From: Planctomycetota bacterium
Lineage (GTDB): Bacteria > Planctomycetota > Planctomycetia > Pirellulales > Lacipirellulaceae
Assembly: GCA_039190745.1 (NCBI GenBank)
Contig: JBCCXZ010000001.1
Span: forward strand, 85,620 to 149,619
Length of the DNA: 64,000 nucleotides
Direction of reading: 5' to 3'
Shown: piece after piece, positions 10,317 to 19,280 of the stretch
How the letters are laid out: the number at the start of each line of letters is the position of its first letter
Position numbering within the stretch: position 1 is the first letter of the stretch
Notes under the pieces: model-generated
Database searches by the model: none
What the model was told of the DNA's origin: nothing
What the model saw: only the letters and a program-made list of their open reading frames with translations
Program-made: the position numbers and the translations under genes

Positions 10317-10390
10317 TGGGCGATGCAGGGCTCGAACCTGCGACCCCTAGCTTGTCGAGCTAGTGCTCTAGCCAACTGAGCTAATCGCCC
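10317..10390 (-). tRNA. tRNA-Val(GAC)
   Basis: GGGCGATTAGCTCAGTTGG...CTAGC-TCGACAA-GCTAG...GGTTCGAGCCCTGCATCGCCCA; CCA not encoded. Confidence 0.93.
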
Positions 10391-10628
10391 TAGACGGGGC
10401 CCGTGAGCCCCGACCAGACCCAACAGAATAGCACGGCCCCCGGGGTTCGGCCAGTAGCAAACCCCGGCGGGGGCAAACAGCCGCTCCGGAGGATCCGTAT
10501 TGTGTGTGGCCGCCGATTGCGTTCTATTTGCAGGCTACGGAAATCTGGTGCCGGCCAGGGCCGCCCTAGTGCAGAGGGTTTTTCGGAAAGGTCCAGCAAG
10601 CCGGCGCCGCTCACCCCGCCCATTTGCC

Positions 10629-10793
10629 ATGCGTGCTCACCTGTACAAACTTGTGCTGGCGGTTGAACTGGCCTGCTTCTTAGCGGCCTGGGCGGTGGGT
10701 TTGGGCGTCTGCTTCTACGGCGACATCGCCGGCAGGCTGAAGGCCGAGAACAACTCGGTGGCGGCGTCTTCTGTGCGGTTGCCGGCGAAGTAG
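10629..10793 (+). CDS. Small single-TM hypothetical protein (54 aa)
   Basis: MRAHLYKLVLAVELACFLAAWAVGLGVCFYG: hydrophobic segment; intergenic position. Confidence 0.45.
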   Translation: MRAHLYKLVLAVELACFLAAWAVGLGVCFYGDIAGRLKAENNSVAASSVRLPAK

Positions 10794-10811
10794 CGGTAGC
10801 GGTTGGTCGCG

Positions 10812-11351
10812 ATGGCTGAACCACGCACCGCCATCCGATTTGGGCTTCGCTCCCTCTTGGCACTTACCGCGTTGATAGCGGTGTTGATGGGCTGCCTTGT
10901 CTCATACTGGCGTTGGTGGGAAAGGGGTTGGAATGACCCCCAGACTGGCCCCGTGACGTCTATGGAGGATTGGCCTCTGCCATTGGAGGAGCTCACGCAA
11001 GTGCAGGAAGGCGTGGAGGTGCAGTTGGATGGCTCTAACGTTCAGGTCTACTGCATTGAGAGTTTCTTCAACGACAAGTACATCTGGCGCATGCCGACCT
11101 CTCGTCGTCTCTTCGAGAAGTTAAAGGTAGACTGGAAGTTGTCGGAAGAGCTGGAGCAACCAGATTGGCCGACCTTCTTATACGTCTGGAACAACCTTTT
11201 GGAGATTCCTGAGTGGTGGTCCGCGAAGGATGCGAGGGCTGAAGAGTTGATATACCTAAGGACTCCGGAAGCGAAGGGCGACTACATCTACTGGGTGGCA
11301 TGGGACGAAGAGCAAGAGCTGTTGTACGTGTGCTACTCGTTCCAATGGTAA
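10812..11351 (+). CDS. Hypothetical membrane-anchored protein with planctomycete-type RFxLRxLL leader
   Basis: MAEPRTAIRFGLRSLLALTALIAVLMG; visibly more AT-rich than flanks. Confidence 0.7.
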   Translation: MAEPRTAIRFGLRSLLALTALIAVLMGCLVSYWRWWERGWNDPQTGPVTSMEDWPLPLEELTQVQEGVEVQLDGSNVQVYCIESFFNDKYIWRMPTSRRLFEKLKVDWKLSEELEQPDWPTFLYVWNNLLEIPEWWSAKDARAEELIYLRTPEAKGDYIYWVAWDEEQELLYVCYSFQW

Positions 11352-11388
11352 CGAGGCCCTCCCGGCGTGAATCAGACACCGATAAGGA

Positions 11389-12780
11389 TCACGTCGCGGT
11401 GGTAACGTCGTTCTCCGGCAGGTCGCCGATTTCTTCGAGCGTTTCGACCCCCGACGGTCCGTCGCTCGGCTGCCGCTTGCGGAGGTAGAGCTTGATGGGC
11501 ACCTCCTCGAACTGCAGCTGGTCGCGTACGGCGCCCAGCAGGTAGCGCTGGTAGGGCTTGGAGATCGCCCGCGGCTCGTTGCAGAAGAGCACGAGCGTAG
11601 GCGGCTGCGTGCCGACCTGCGTGCCGTAGTAGACCTTCGGCCGGCGGTTCTGGTGCAGCGGCGGCGGGTTGCGGCCGATGGCGTCGCGCAACAGGCGGTT
11701 GAGCTGGCCGGTAGAGACGCGTTGCCGCGACTGGTTGAAGAGCATCTGCCCGTGGTTCAAGAGCGCTTTGACGTTCTTGCCGGTCTCGCCGGTGATGAAG
11801 GCGATCGGCGCGTAGCGCATCGTGCGGAACGTGTCGTGCAGGTACCGGACCCACTTCTCGGTGGGCATGCTCTTGGCCATCAGGTCCCACTTGTTGACGA
11901 CGAAGATGCACGGCTTGTACTGCTGGGCGATGTAGTCGCTGAGCTGTTTGTCGACCTTGCTGATGCGCTGCCCGGCGTCGAGGAACAAGAACACGACGTC
12001 GGCGCGGCGGATGCTGCGCTGGGCTCGGTGCGTGCCGTAGAAGTCGATCGAGGCGCCGCGGCTCTGGGGGCGGCGGAGGCCGGGCGTGTCGATCGCGACG
12101 AAGCCCTTGCCGTCGAGCTCGAACCGCACGTCGACGCTGTCGCGGGTGGTGCCGGGCACCTCGCTCACAATCATGCGGGCCGCCTCGGCCAGCGTGTTGA
12201 CGAAGGTGCTCTTGCCGACGTTGCGGCGGCCGACGATGGCGACGCGCATCTCGGGTTCCGCCTCGCCGTCGTCGTCGCTCTCGGGGGGGAGGCGCTCGAC
12301 GATCATGTTCAAGAGCTGGGCCCGGTTGCGGTTCTGCAGCGTGCTCACCGGCAGGATCCGGCCCTTGCCGAGGCGGTAGAAGTCGTTGGCTTGGTCGTCG
12401 AACTTCTTGTCGTCGGTCTTGTTGGCGACGCAGATCACCGGGACGTCGAAGCTGCGGAGGCGTTGGGCGACTTCCTCGTCGAGCGGCGTGAGGCCGGCCT
12501 TGGTGTCGACGACAAAGAGGATGACGTCGGCCGACTCCATGGCGGTGCGGATCTGGTCTTCGATGTGCTGGGTGAGGTTGTCCTCGTCCTGGATGCCGAT
12601 GCCGCCGGTGTCGACCAGCTCGAAGTACCGCTCGTCGTGGCTGGTGAGGTGGTCGACCCGGTCGCGGGTGACGCCGGGGCGGTCTTCGACGATGGCGATC
12701 CGGATGCCGGCCAGCCAGTTGAGCAGGCTGCTCTTGCCCACGTTCGGGCGTCCGACGATGACAACCTGGGGGACCGGCAT
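11389..12780 (-). CDS. der: Ribosome biogenesis GTPase Der (EngA)
   Basis: Two G domains (GRPNVGKS, GRRNVGKS; DTGG/DTPG; NKTD/NKWD) and KH-like C-terminus; start ATG 12780. Confidence 0.97.
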   Translation of the reverse strand: MPVPQVVIVGRPNVGKSSLLNWLAGIRIAIVEDRPGVTRDRVDHLTSHDERYFELVDTGGIGIQDEDNLTQHIEDQIRTAMESADVILFVVDTKAGLTPLDEEVAQRLRSFDVPVICVANKTDDKKFDDQANDFYRLGKGRILPVSTLQNRNRAQLLNMIVERLPPESDDDGEAEPEMRVAIVGRRNVGKSTFVNTLAEAARMIVSEVPGTTRDSVDVRFELDGKGFVAIDTPGLRRPQSRGASIDFYGTHRAQRSIRRADVVFLFLDAGQRISKVDKQLSDYIAQQYKPCIFVVNKWDLMAKSMPTEKWVRYLHDTFRTMRYAPIAFITGETGKNVKALLNHGQMLFNQSRQRVSTGQLNRLLRDAIGRNPPPLHQNRRPKVYYGTQVGTQPPTLVLFCNEPRAISKPYQRYLLGAVRDQLQFEEVPIKLYLRKRQPSDGPSGVETLEEIGDLPENDVTTAT

Positions 12781-12970
12781 AGAGGAGCTCGCGGGCGGAG
12801 TACAGAGGAACGCTTTAGCATAGTCGACAGGCGCGGCGGACCCAAACGGTTCCGACGCGGGGCCGCAAGCGGGCCAGGCACGCGCCCCCCTGCCCTTTCC
12901 TGCTGTAGGACGTAAACTCAGGCCCGAGGGTTCGGAAATCTGTTCGTTCGGAGTGTTTCCACCCCCTCTT

Positions 12971-13063
12971 CTGTAGGAGGGCTCTCCGAGCCCGATGCCG
13001 TGCTGTGTTGGTACGGGTAATCGGGTTGGTACGGGGAATCGCCCTCGGAGAGGGCTCCTACAG
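12971..13063. repeat. GTAG-type REP inverted pair
   Basis: CTGTAGGAGGGCTCTCCGAGCCCGA ... TCGCCCTCGGAGAGGGCTCCTACAG; related copies at 16341-16365 and 25683-25757. Confidence 0.75.
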
Positions 13064-13092
13064 GTCCCGTAAAACCGACTCCGCCTCAGAGC

Positions 13093-13887
13093 ATGCCCGG
13101 TATGAGTTCGAACGACGCCTACTACCGAGCGGTCCGGCAGCAATTGGAGAGCCTTGCCGCTGCCGGTGTGCGGGACCTGCCTCGGGGCCGGGCGTTGCCG
13201 GTTCCGCAAGCTGCTTCTCAGCAGCCCGCCCAACCGCCCGCGGGGGCGGCCCCAACGGTCGCGGCCTCGGCGGCCAGCCAACAAACGATTGAGATGCCGT
13301 CTATGAGCGATTCTGAGGTGTCGGACGCCCCCTCGTTGGAGGTGCTGCGGCAGGAAGTGGCTGCCTGCACGCGGTGCGATGAATTGGCCGCCGGGCGGAC
13401 GCAGACGGTGTTTGGTGTGGGCGATTCCAACGCACGGCTCTGCTTTCTGGGCGAGGCGCCGGGGGCGGACGAGGATCGGCTGGGCGAGCCGTTCGTCGGG
13501 CGGGCCGGGCAGCTGCTCAACAAGATCCTCGAAGCGTGCGGCCTGAAGCGGGAAGAGGTTTACATCCTGAACATCCTCAAGTGCCGGCCCCCGGGGAATC
13601 GCAACCCCCTGCCGAGCGAGGCGGACAACTGCCGGCGGTTCTTGGACCGGCAGCTGGAGCTGATCTCGCCCGAGTTTGTGTGCTGCCTGGGGGCGGTTGG
13701 GGCGCAGAACTTCCTGGAAACCCAGACCGCGATCGGCAAGCTCCGCGGCGAGGTGCACCATGCACGGGGCGTGAAGGTGGTCTGCACCTACCACCCGGCG
13801 TACTTGTTGCGGAACCCTTCGGCGAAGAAGCAGACGTGGGAAGACATGAAGCTGCTGATGCGGGAGATGGGGACGCCCGTCGACTGA
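13093..13887 (+). CDS. Uracil-DNA glycosylase family 4 (Fe-S)
   Basis: [37 protein letters not shown]. Confidence 0.95.
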   Translation: MPGMSSNDAYYRAVRQQLESLAAAGVRDLPRGRALPVPQAASQQPAQPPAGAAPTVAASAASQQTIEMPSMSDSEVSDAPSLEVLRQEVAACTRCDELAAGRTQTVFGVGDSNARLCFLGEAPGADEDRLGEPFVGRAGQLLNKILEACGLKREEVYILNILKCRPPGNRNPLPSEADNCRRFLDRQLELISPEFVCCLGAVGAQNFLETQTAIGKLRGEVHHARGVKVVCTYHPAYLLRNPSAKKQTWEDMKLLMREMGTPVD

Positions 13888-13903
13888 GTTGCAGGGGACA
13901 CAG

Positions 13904-13937
13904 TGCGGACTGCGGATTGCGGACTGCGGATTGGAAG
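13904..13937. repeat. Heptamer tandem repeat (TGCGGAY)4-TGGAAG
   Basis: tgcggac tgcggat tgcggac tgcggat tggaag; degenerate second copy at 36933-36966. Confidence 0.8.
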
Positions 13938-14267
13938 AAAGAGCAGGTGTTTGCTAGTCGCCGACCTACGCGTCGGCGGTCCGCTTTTAGGGGCGATTTG
14001 CTAGCGACGCCGGCACCGGCACGACTCGCACGAAGCGTGCGGATTCTCGGCCGTTCTGAGGAACCTTGCGGGTCGTACCGGTCGTGTGATTCTGCTTCTC
14101 GAATCTCTCAGCAGTGGGGCCGCCAAAGTGTTTGCAGGGGGGCGGCCCGTTGTTAGAGTCGAATCCGTTGCGGGGCGTTTCCCCTGCCCCACGCGAACGG
14201 AGTGAGCCGCGACGCCCATTCGGGCGATCCGGCGGCGTGACACAACGGACGACCAGCGGACAGCGAT

Positions 14268-14852
14268 ATGGCATCTGCGCGACCTACCCCTTTCGACCAA
14301 GCCCCTCGCGACGAGGTGGACCACTTGCTCCGCAACGCCCAGTTGCGCGACGCGCTCGAGCCGCTCTACGACGAGTCGATCGTGCGGGTGAACGTGAGCA
14401 GGATGACCACGTCGAGCGAGAACGCATTCCTGGAGTCGATGCTCGAGTGGGAGCGGGCTCCGATCCTGCCGATCTGCGACTGGTTCTCGCCTCGGCTGGA
14501 GCTGCCGCCGCCGCAGGAGCTGGCCGACCACGAGCTGGCAGTGCTGCTGCACCAGACGATCGGGCGGCTGTTCGAGGAGCACGTGGTGCTCGACTTCACC
14601 GACCACCTCAGCGACCGCGAGCTGTACCGCATCCTGTTCCGCGACATCCTGCCGGCGCAGGAGAAGCGGATCAAGCGCAGCAAGAGCTACCTGCATTGGG
14701 ACTGCGCAAACACCGACGACGACCCGACGACGTGGCTGCGCTACTACGCCAGCGAAGAAGACCGCGAGTCGTGGGCGCGCGAGACGGGCGAAGAGCTGCC
14801 GCCGGTTGACCAGCCGCCTTACCGCCGGCGGCTGCCGCGGGCGCCGATGTAG
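14268..14852 (+). CDS. Acidic hypothetical protein
   Basis: GC3-biased ORF; FTDHLSDRELY, WLRYYA. Confidence 0.8.
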   Translation: MASARPTPFDQAPRDEVDHLLRNAQLRDALEPLYDESIVRVNVSRMTTSSENAFLESMLEWERAPILPICDWFSPRLELPPPQELADHELAVLLHQTIGRLFEEHVVLDFTDHLSDRELYRILFRDILPAQEKRIKRSKSYLHWDCANTDDDPTTWLRYYASEEDRESWARETGEELPPVDQPPYRRRLPRAPM

Positions 14853-14905
14853 GCTCCTCGGTGCCGTTCCCGCGCGAGCGTGGGCATGGCACTAGACAGT
14901 TATCA

Positions 14906-16039
14906 CTAGAGCAGCTCGGGCCAGAGCGCGTCGCTCACCATCAGGCCCTCGCGGGTGAGTCGGACGCGGTCGCCGTCGTCGGTGAGCAGGCCTTCTGCCA
15001 CAAAGCGTGCGATCGGTTCGCCGGCGACCTCTTCCAGCGGTTTTCCCGCCGCGGCTTGGAAATCTACCCGGCCGACGCCCTCGATCCGCCGCAGGGCAAA
15101 GACGAGGTGCTCGCGGGCGCGTTCTTCGTCGGAGAGCCGCTCCATCTCGGCGATCGGTAGGCCGCCTTCCCGTGTGCGTTTGATATAGGTCGTGGGGCTG
15201 CGGTGGTTCGTCGATCGCACGCCAGCAACGTAACGCGCGGCACCGCACCCGGCCGCGAAGTAGGGGGCGCCCGACCAATAAACCTGGTTGTGCCTGCTGC
15301 GGCGTCCGGGCTTCGCGAAGTTCGAGACCTCGTAGTGCTCTAGCCCGGCGGCGGTGAGCGTGTCGATCGCCAGTTCGTACATCTGCCGTTCGAGCGTCTC
15401 GGGCGACTGCGGCAGGGCGCCCTGCTCGCGGCGGTTCCAGAACGACGTGCCCTTCTCGAATGTGAGGCCGTAGGTCGAGACGTGGTCTGGCTCGAGCTCC
15501 AAGAGCGCGGCGACGTCGGCACGCCACACTCCGAGGGTCTCGCCGGGCGCGGCGAAGATCAGGTCCACCGCCGTCCGCATGCCGTGCCGCTTGGCGAGCG
15601 CCATCGCCGCGGCGGTATCGAAGCCGGTGTGGCCGCGTTCGAGCGTGCCAAGCTTGGCGTTGTCGAACGATTGGGCGCCGAGGCTGAGCCGATTCACGCC
15701 CCAGGCGGCTAGCCTTTCGACGCGGGCGGGGTCGAGGTCTTCGGGGTTGGCCTCGAAGGTGTACTCGCCGCCCGGGGCGAGCGGGTGCCAGTGGGCCAGC
15801 GTTTCGCACAGCCGGTCGAGCTGCTCCACCGAGAGCCGCGTGGGGGTGCCGCCGCCGACGTAGAGCGTGTCGACCGGCTGCGGCGTGCCCAGCAGGGAGA
15901 GCTCTGTGGCGAGCGCGGCAAGGTAGTCGTCGGCGAGCTCGTCGCGGCCGGCGATCACCGAGAAGTTGCAGTAGCCGCAGCGGTGGCGGCAGAAGGGCAC
16001 GTGGACGTAGGCGGAGCGGGGCGTGGCGAGGTGGATCAT
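14906..16039 (-). CDS. hemW: Radical SAM heme chaperone HemW (HemN-like)
   Basis: YVHVPFCRHRCGYCNF, YVGGGTPT, EANPED, HYEVSNFA, HNQVYW. Confidence 0.92.
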   Translation of the reverse strand: MIHLATPRSAYVHVPFCRHRCGYCNFSVIAGRDELADDYLAALATELSLLGTPQPVDTLYVGGGTPTRLSVEQLDRLCETLAHWHPLAPGGEYTFEANPEDLDPARVERLAAWGVNRLSLGAQSFDNAKLGTLERGHTGFDTAAAMALAKRHGMRTAVDLIFAAPGETLGVWRADVAALLELEPDHVSTYGLTFEKGTSFWNRREQGALPQSPETLERQMYELAIDTLTAAGLEHYEVSNFAKPGRRSRHNQVYWSGAPYFAAGCGAARYVAGVRSTNHRSPTTYIKRTREGGLPIAEMERLSDEERAREHLVFALRRIEGVGRVDFQAAAGKPLEEVAGEPIARFVAEGLLTDDGDRVRLTREGLMVSDALWPELL

Positions 16040-16101
16040 GCCGGTTGGGCCGCCGACGCGTAGGTCGGCGGCTGCCAAGAACCGACCGCCCGGCGAGCGA
16101 G

Positions 16102-16174
16102 TGGAGCGGAGGAGAGTCGAACTCCCGACCTCTGCATTGCGAACGCAGCGCTCTCCCAACTGAGCTACCGCCCC
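16102..16174 (-). tRNA. tRNA-Ala(CGC)
   Basis: GGGGCGGTAGCTCAGTTGGGAGAGCG CTGCG-TTCGCAA-TGCAG AGGTCGGGAGTTCGACTCTCCTCCGCTCCA; G3:U70. Confidence 0.95.
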
Positions 16175-16242
16175 AAGTAAGCCCCGAATTCTAGGTCGAT
16201 CGCGGGGGGCTGTCTACTCTGCTGGCTTGCCGCATTGATTTC

Positions 16243-16412
16243 AAGGAGATGGGGAGATGTTGGGGATGGAGGGGGACAGGGACGAGGATGTTCTGGGGAG
16301 TTCGTCTGCGGCTGTTTAGGGGAATAATCGCAGAGCGAATTCGGCGTCGGAGACGCCTCCCACAATCCCGTTCCTTCATCGCCCGTATCTCCGACATCCC
16401 CCTATCTCCTTC
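16243..16412. repeat. About 170-bp element with purine-rich imperfect terminal inverted repeats enclosing a REP half
   Basis: AAGGAGATGGGGAGATGTTGGGGAT ... ATCTCCGACATCCCCCTATCTCCTT; sister element at 25636-25799. Confidence 0.65.
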
Positions 16413-16436
16413 GAGTCAATCGACTCTCCCGAGAGA

Positions 16437-16907
16437 CTAACGCGGGGAGCGTTTCGATTCGCCCAGGAAGGGGCGGAGTTCTTCGAAGAAGTCGCCCGCG
16501 TCTTCGAACTGGCGGTAGACGCTAGCGAAGCGGACGAACGCCACCTCGTCGAGGTCGCGGAGGTGGTCCATCACCAGCTCGCCTAGCCGCTGGCTGTCTA
16601 TCTCGGTATCGAACGAAGAATAGACGTCGTTCTCGATCGCGGCAACGGAGCGTTCGATGTCGCGGTCGGAGATGGGCCGCTTCCAGCAGGCGCGTTCGAG
16701 GCCCCGCTTGATTTTTTCACGCACGAAGGGCACGCGGGAGCCGTCCCGCTTGACGACCTTGATGGCCGACTCTTCGATGCGCTCGTAGGTGGTGTACCTG
16801 CGTCGGCAGCTGAGGCACTCGCGGCGGCGGCGGATCGCGAAGCCGTCCTGGCAGGCGCGGGAATCGATCACGCGGTCGTTGTCTTTGCGGCAGAAGGGGC
16901 ACTTCAT
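16437..16907 (-). CDS. nrdR: Transcriptional repressor NrdR
   Basis: MKCPFC..VIDSR..IRRRRECLSC..YTTYE; ATP cone; AFVRFASVY. Confidence 0.97.
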   Translation of the reverse strand: MKCPFCRKDNDRVIDSRACQDGFAIRRRRECLSCRRRYTTYERIEESAIKVVKRDGSRVPFVREKIKRGLERACWKRPISDRDIERSVAAIENDVYSSFDTEIDSQRLGELVMDHLRDLDEVAFVRFASVYRQFEDAGDFFEELRPFLGESKRSPR

Positions 16908-17013
16908 AGCCGCCACTATAACGGTCTGCGCGAACCGGTAAACCGCTTGACGGGTGCGGCGGCTAGCGTTTTGCCGCAACGCAGATAGCTAAGAGGACGC
17001 AGAGGCAGCTGCG

Positions 17014-18528
17014 TTACTTCTTGGCGGCGGTCCAGTCGCGGCGTTGGCGGCTAGAAGGGATGTCCATCGCCTTGCGGTACTTTGTGACCGTGCGGCGGGC
17101 GACCGTGATGCCGTGCTTGGCGAGTTCGGCGACGAGGGCGTCGTCGCTGTAGGGCTTGGTCTTGTCTTCATTGTCGACGATCTCTTGCAGCTTAAGTCGC
17201 ACCTTGTCCCAGGCGACCTCCTCGCCGTCGGCGCTGGTGGTGCCGCCCACGAAGAAACGTTTTAGCGGCAGGATGCCCCGCGGGGTCTGCATCCACTTGT
17301 CGTCCACCGCTCGGCTAACGGTGGTGACGTGCACGCCGACCTTGTCGGCGATCTGCTGCATCTTGAGCGGCTCGATGTGCTCGGGGCCGCTGTCGAGGAA
17401 CTTGGTCTGGTGGTCGACGATCGCCTGCGAGACGCGGGTGAGCGTGCTGCGGCGTTGCTCGATGGCCTCGATGAGCCACTGGGCCGAGTTGACTTTGCGT
17501 TTGATGTAGTCGCGGGTCTCGCCGGTGGTGCCCTCTTCTTGCAGCAGCCGGCGGTAGTAGGGGCTGATGTAGAGCGAGGGGAGGTCGCCCTCGGGCAGGC
17601 GCACCTCGTAGCCGCCCCCCTCGCGGCGGTCGACGTACACGTCGGGCGTGACGGCGGGGGCGAGCGTGTCGTTGAACTCGGCGCCCGGCTTGGGCTTGAG
17701 CGTGCGGAGGTCTTCCCACGCCTCTTGGATGGTCTCGATCGAGAACCCGGTCTTCTTCGAGATCAGGGGCAGGCGGTTGTTCTCGAGGTCCTCGAGGTGA
17801 TTCTCGATAAGCACCTGCAGCTCTTCGTAGAACAACAGTCCCGGCGTAAGCTGCAGCTGTAAACACTCCTTGAGGCTTCGGGCCGCGACGCCTGGGGGGT
17901 CGAGCCGCTGCACGATAGCTAGCGCCGTTTCGGCCGCTTCGAGCTGCGCTTTGCGCCAGGCGTCGGCCTCGCCGTTGAGTTCGACGGGCGCGGGCGGCAG
18001 CAGGTCTTCCAAAGAGGTCTTTAGGTATCCGTTGCTGTCGAGGTTGTAGATGATGCGGTCGCAGAACCAGCGGACGTCGTCCTGCAGCTCGTACCAGCTG
18101 AGCTGGTGGTGGAGGTAGTCGAGCAGCGACTCGGGCCGGGCGACCATGTTGGCCATGGTGTCGTGCCGGCGGTCGGACTCAGCCTCGATCTGCCCGCGTG
18201 AGGGGCGGCTCGCCTCCTCGTACTCGTCGGGCAGGTTCTCCGACATGTTCAGCAGGCGCTCGAAGTCGTCCTCGTTGTTGTTGTTCTCATCAACAACGAG
18301 TTCCTTCTCGCTCTCGGACGGCGCGTCGGGCGCCTCGGTTTCCTCGACGCCCTGCGACTCCTCGGTGGGCTCGATCTGATCGAGCACCGGGTTGTCTTCC
18401 ATCTCCTGCTCGATCCGCTCCTGCAGCGCCAGCACCGGGAGCTGCAAGATCTCCATCGACTGGATCATCCGCGGTGCAAGCACCTGCTTCTGAGCCATCT
18501 GCATTTGTTGGCCGAGGGACAGTCGCAT
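17014..18528 (-). CDS. rpoN: RNA polymerase sigma-54
   Basis: Q-rich region I; HTH VHVTTVSRA; RpoN box variant ARRTVTKYR. Confidence 0.97.
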   Translation of the reverse strand: MRLSLGQQMQMAQKQVLAPRMIQSMEILQLPVLALQERIEQEMEDNPVLDQIEPTEESQGVEETEAPDAPSESEKELVVDENNNNEDDFERLLNMSENLPDEYEEASRPSRGQIEAESDRRHDTMANMVARPESLLDYLHHQLSWYELQDDVRWFCDRIIYNLDSNGYLKTSLEDLLPPAPVELNGEADAWRKAQLEAAETALAIVQRLDPPGVAARSLKECLQLQLTPGLLFYEELQVLIENHLEDLENNRLPLISKKTGFSIETIQEAWEDLRTLKPKPGAEFNDTLAPAVTPDVYVDRREGGGYEVRLPEGDLPSLYISPYYRRLLQEEGTTGETRDYIKRKVNSAQWLIEAIEQRRSTLTRVSQAIVDHQTKFLDSGPEHIEPLKMQQIADKVGVHVTTVSRAVDDKWMQTPRGILPLKRFFVGGTTSADGEEVAWDKVRLKLQEIVDNEDKTKPYSDDALVAELAKHGITVARRTVTKYRKAMDIPSSRQRRDWTAAKK

Positions 18529-18884
18529 CGCTTCGGGCGGTTTCGCTTCCTGGAGTGGGTGAGGAGGTTTTCAGGCGGCTTCGTGGCCGCGGCGTGTGTA
18601 GCATACTGGGGCGTTCGACCGAAGGTCAAACAACCGCACGGGCCTTGCGGCTAGCACTCCGCCGGGCGCGGCGCTCGTGGCCTGCCGCCTTGATGGCCGC
18701 CTAAATGAAAGCGGAACAAACGTGTGCCCGGGGCAATGAATTCTATGCCATCGGTCGCGTAGAAGCGTTGAAGAAGCGCTGAAGAAACGTCGCGTTGAGC
18801 GGAACAAACGCAGGCGCCTTCGGGCCCGACCGGCACGACAATCGGAGCGATCGGCACGAACCGGCCCGGCACGCTCCGGAGCGG

Positions 18885-19244
18885 CTACCCATTGCCGCCG
18901 GGGTTGATCTGGCCGAGCGCCTCGGAGAGCCCCGGGAGGTTCATGCCGCCGGTGAGGCCCTGCATTTTCTCGGCGTGCAGTTCTTTGGTCTTCTGGTGGG
19001 CGGCGTTGATCGCCGCGGGCAGGAGGTCTTCGAGCAGCTCGCGGTCTTGCTTTTCGATCAGGCCGGGGTCGATCCGAACGGCGAGCACTTCGCCCACGCC
19101 GTTGGCGTCGACCTCCACCATGCCGGCCCCGCTGGAGCCGGTGACCTTCTCGCCGCGGAGCTCCTCCTGGAGCTGCTGCATCTTGCCGCCCATTTCCTGG
19201 GCCTGCTTCAGGATCGAGCCGATGTTGCCGAGGCCTTTGAGCAT
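18885..19244 (-). CDS. ybaB: YbaB/EbfC nucleoid-associated protein
   Basis: ILKQAQEM..GSSGAGMVEV..LLEDLLPAAINAA; downstream of dnaX. Confidence 0.93.
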   Translation of the reverse strand: MLKGLGNIGSILKQAQEMGGKMQQLQEELRGEKVTGSSGAGMVEVDANGVGEVLAVRIDPGLIEKQDRELLEDLLPAAINAAHQKTKELHAEKMQGLTGGMNLPGLSEALGQINPGGNG

Positions 19245-19280
19245 GGTCTTGCCTGTCGGGTGTGGGGTTTGCCGGGCCGG

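Noticed and set aside
12781..13794. Apparent 801-aa Der with a long N-terminal extension
   Set aside because: Extension overlaps UDG on the other strand and a REP; Der homology starts at ATG 12780
14120..14267. Possible structured RNA upstream of the hypothetical gene
   Set aside because: GC-rich hairpins but no recognisable family motif
18529..18884. recR expected after dnaX-ybaB
   Set aside because: Spacer too short and holds only loose CGGCACGA-type 10-bp repeats
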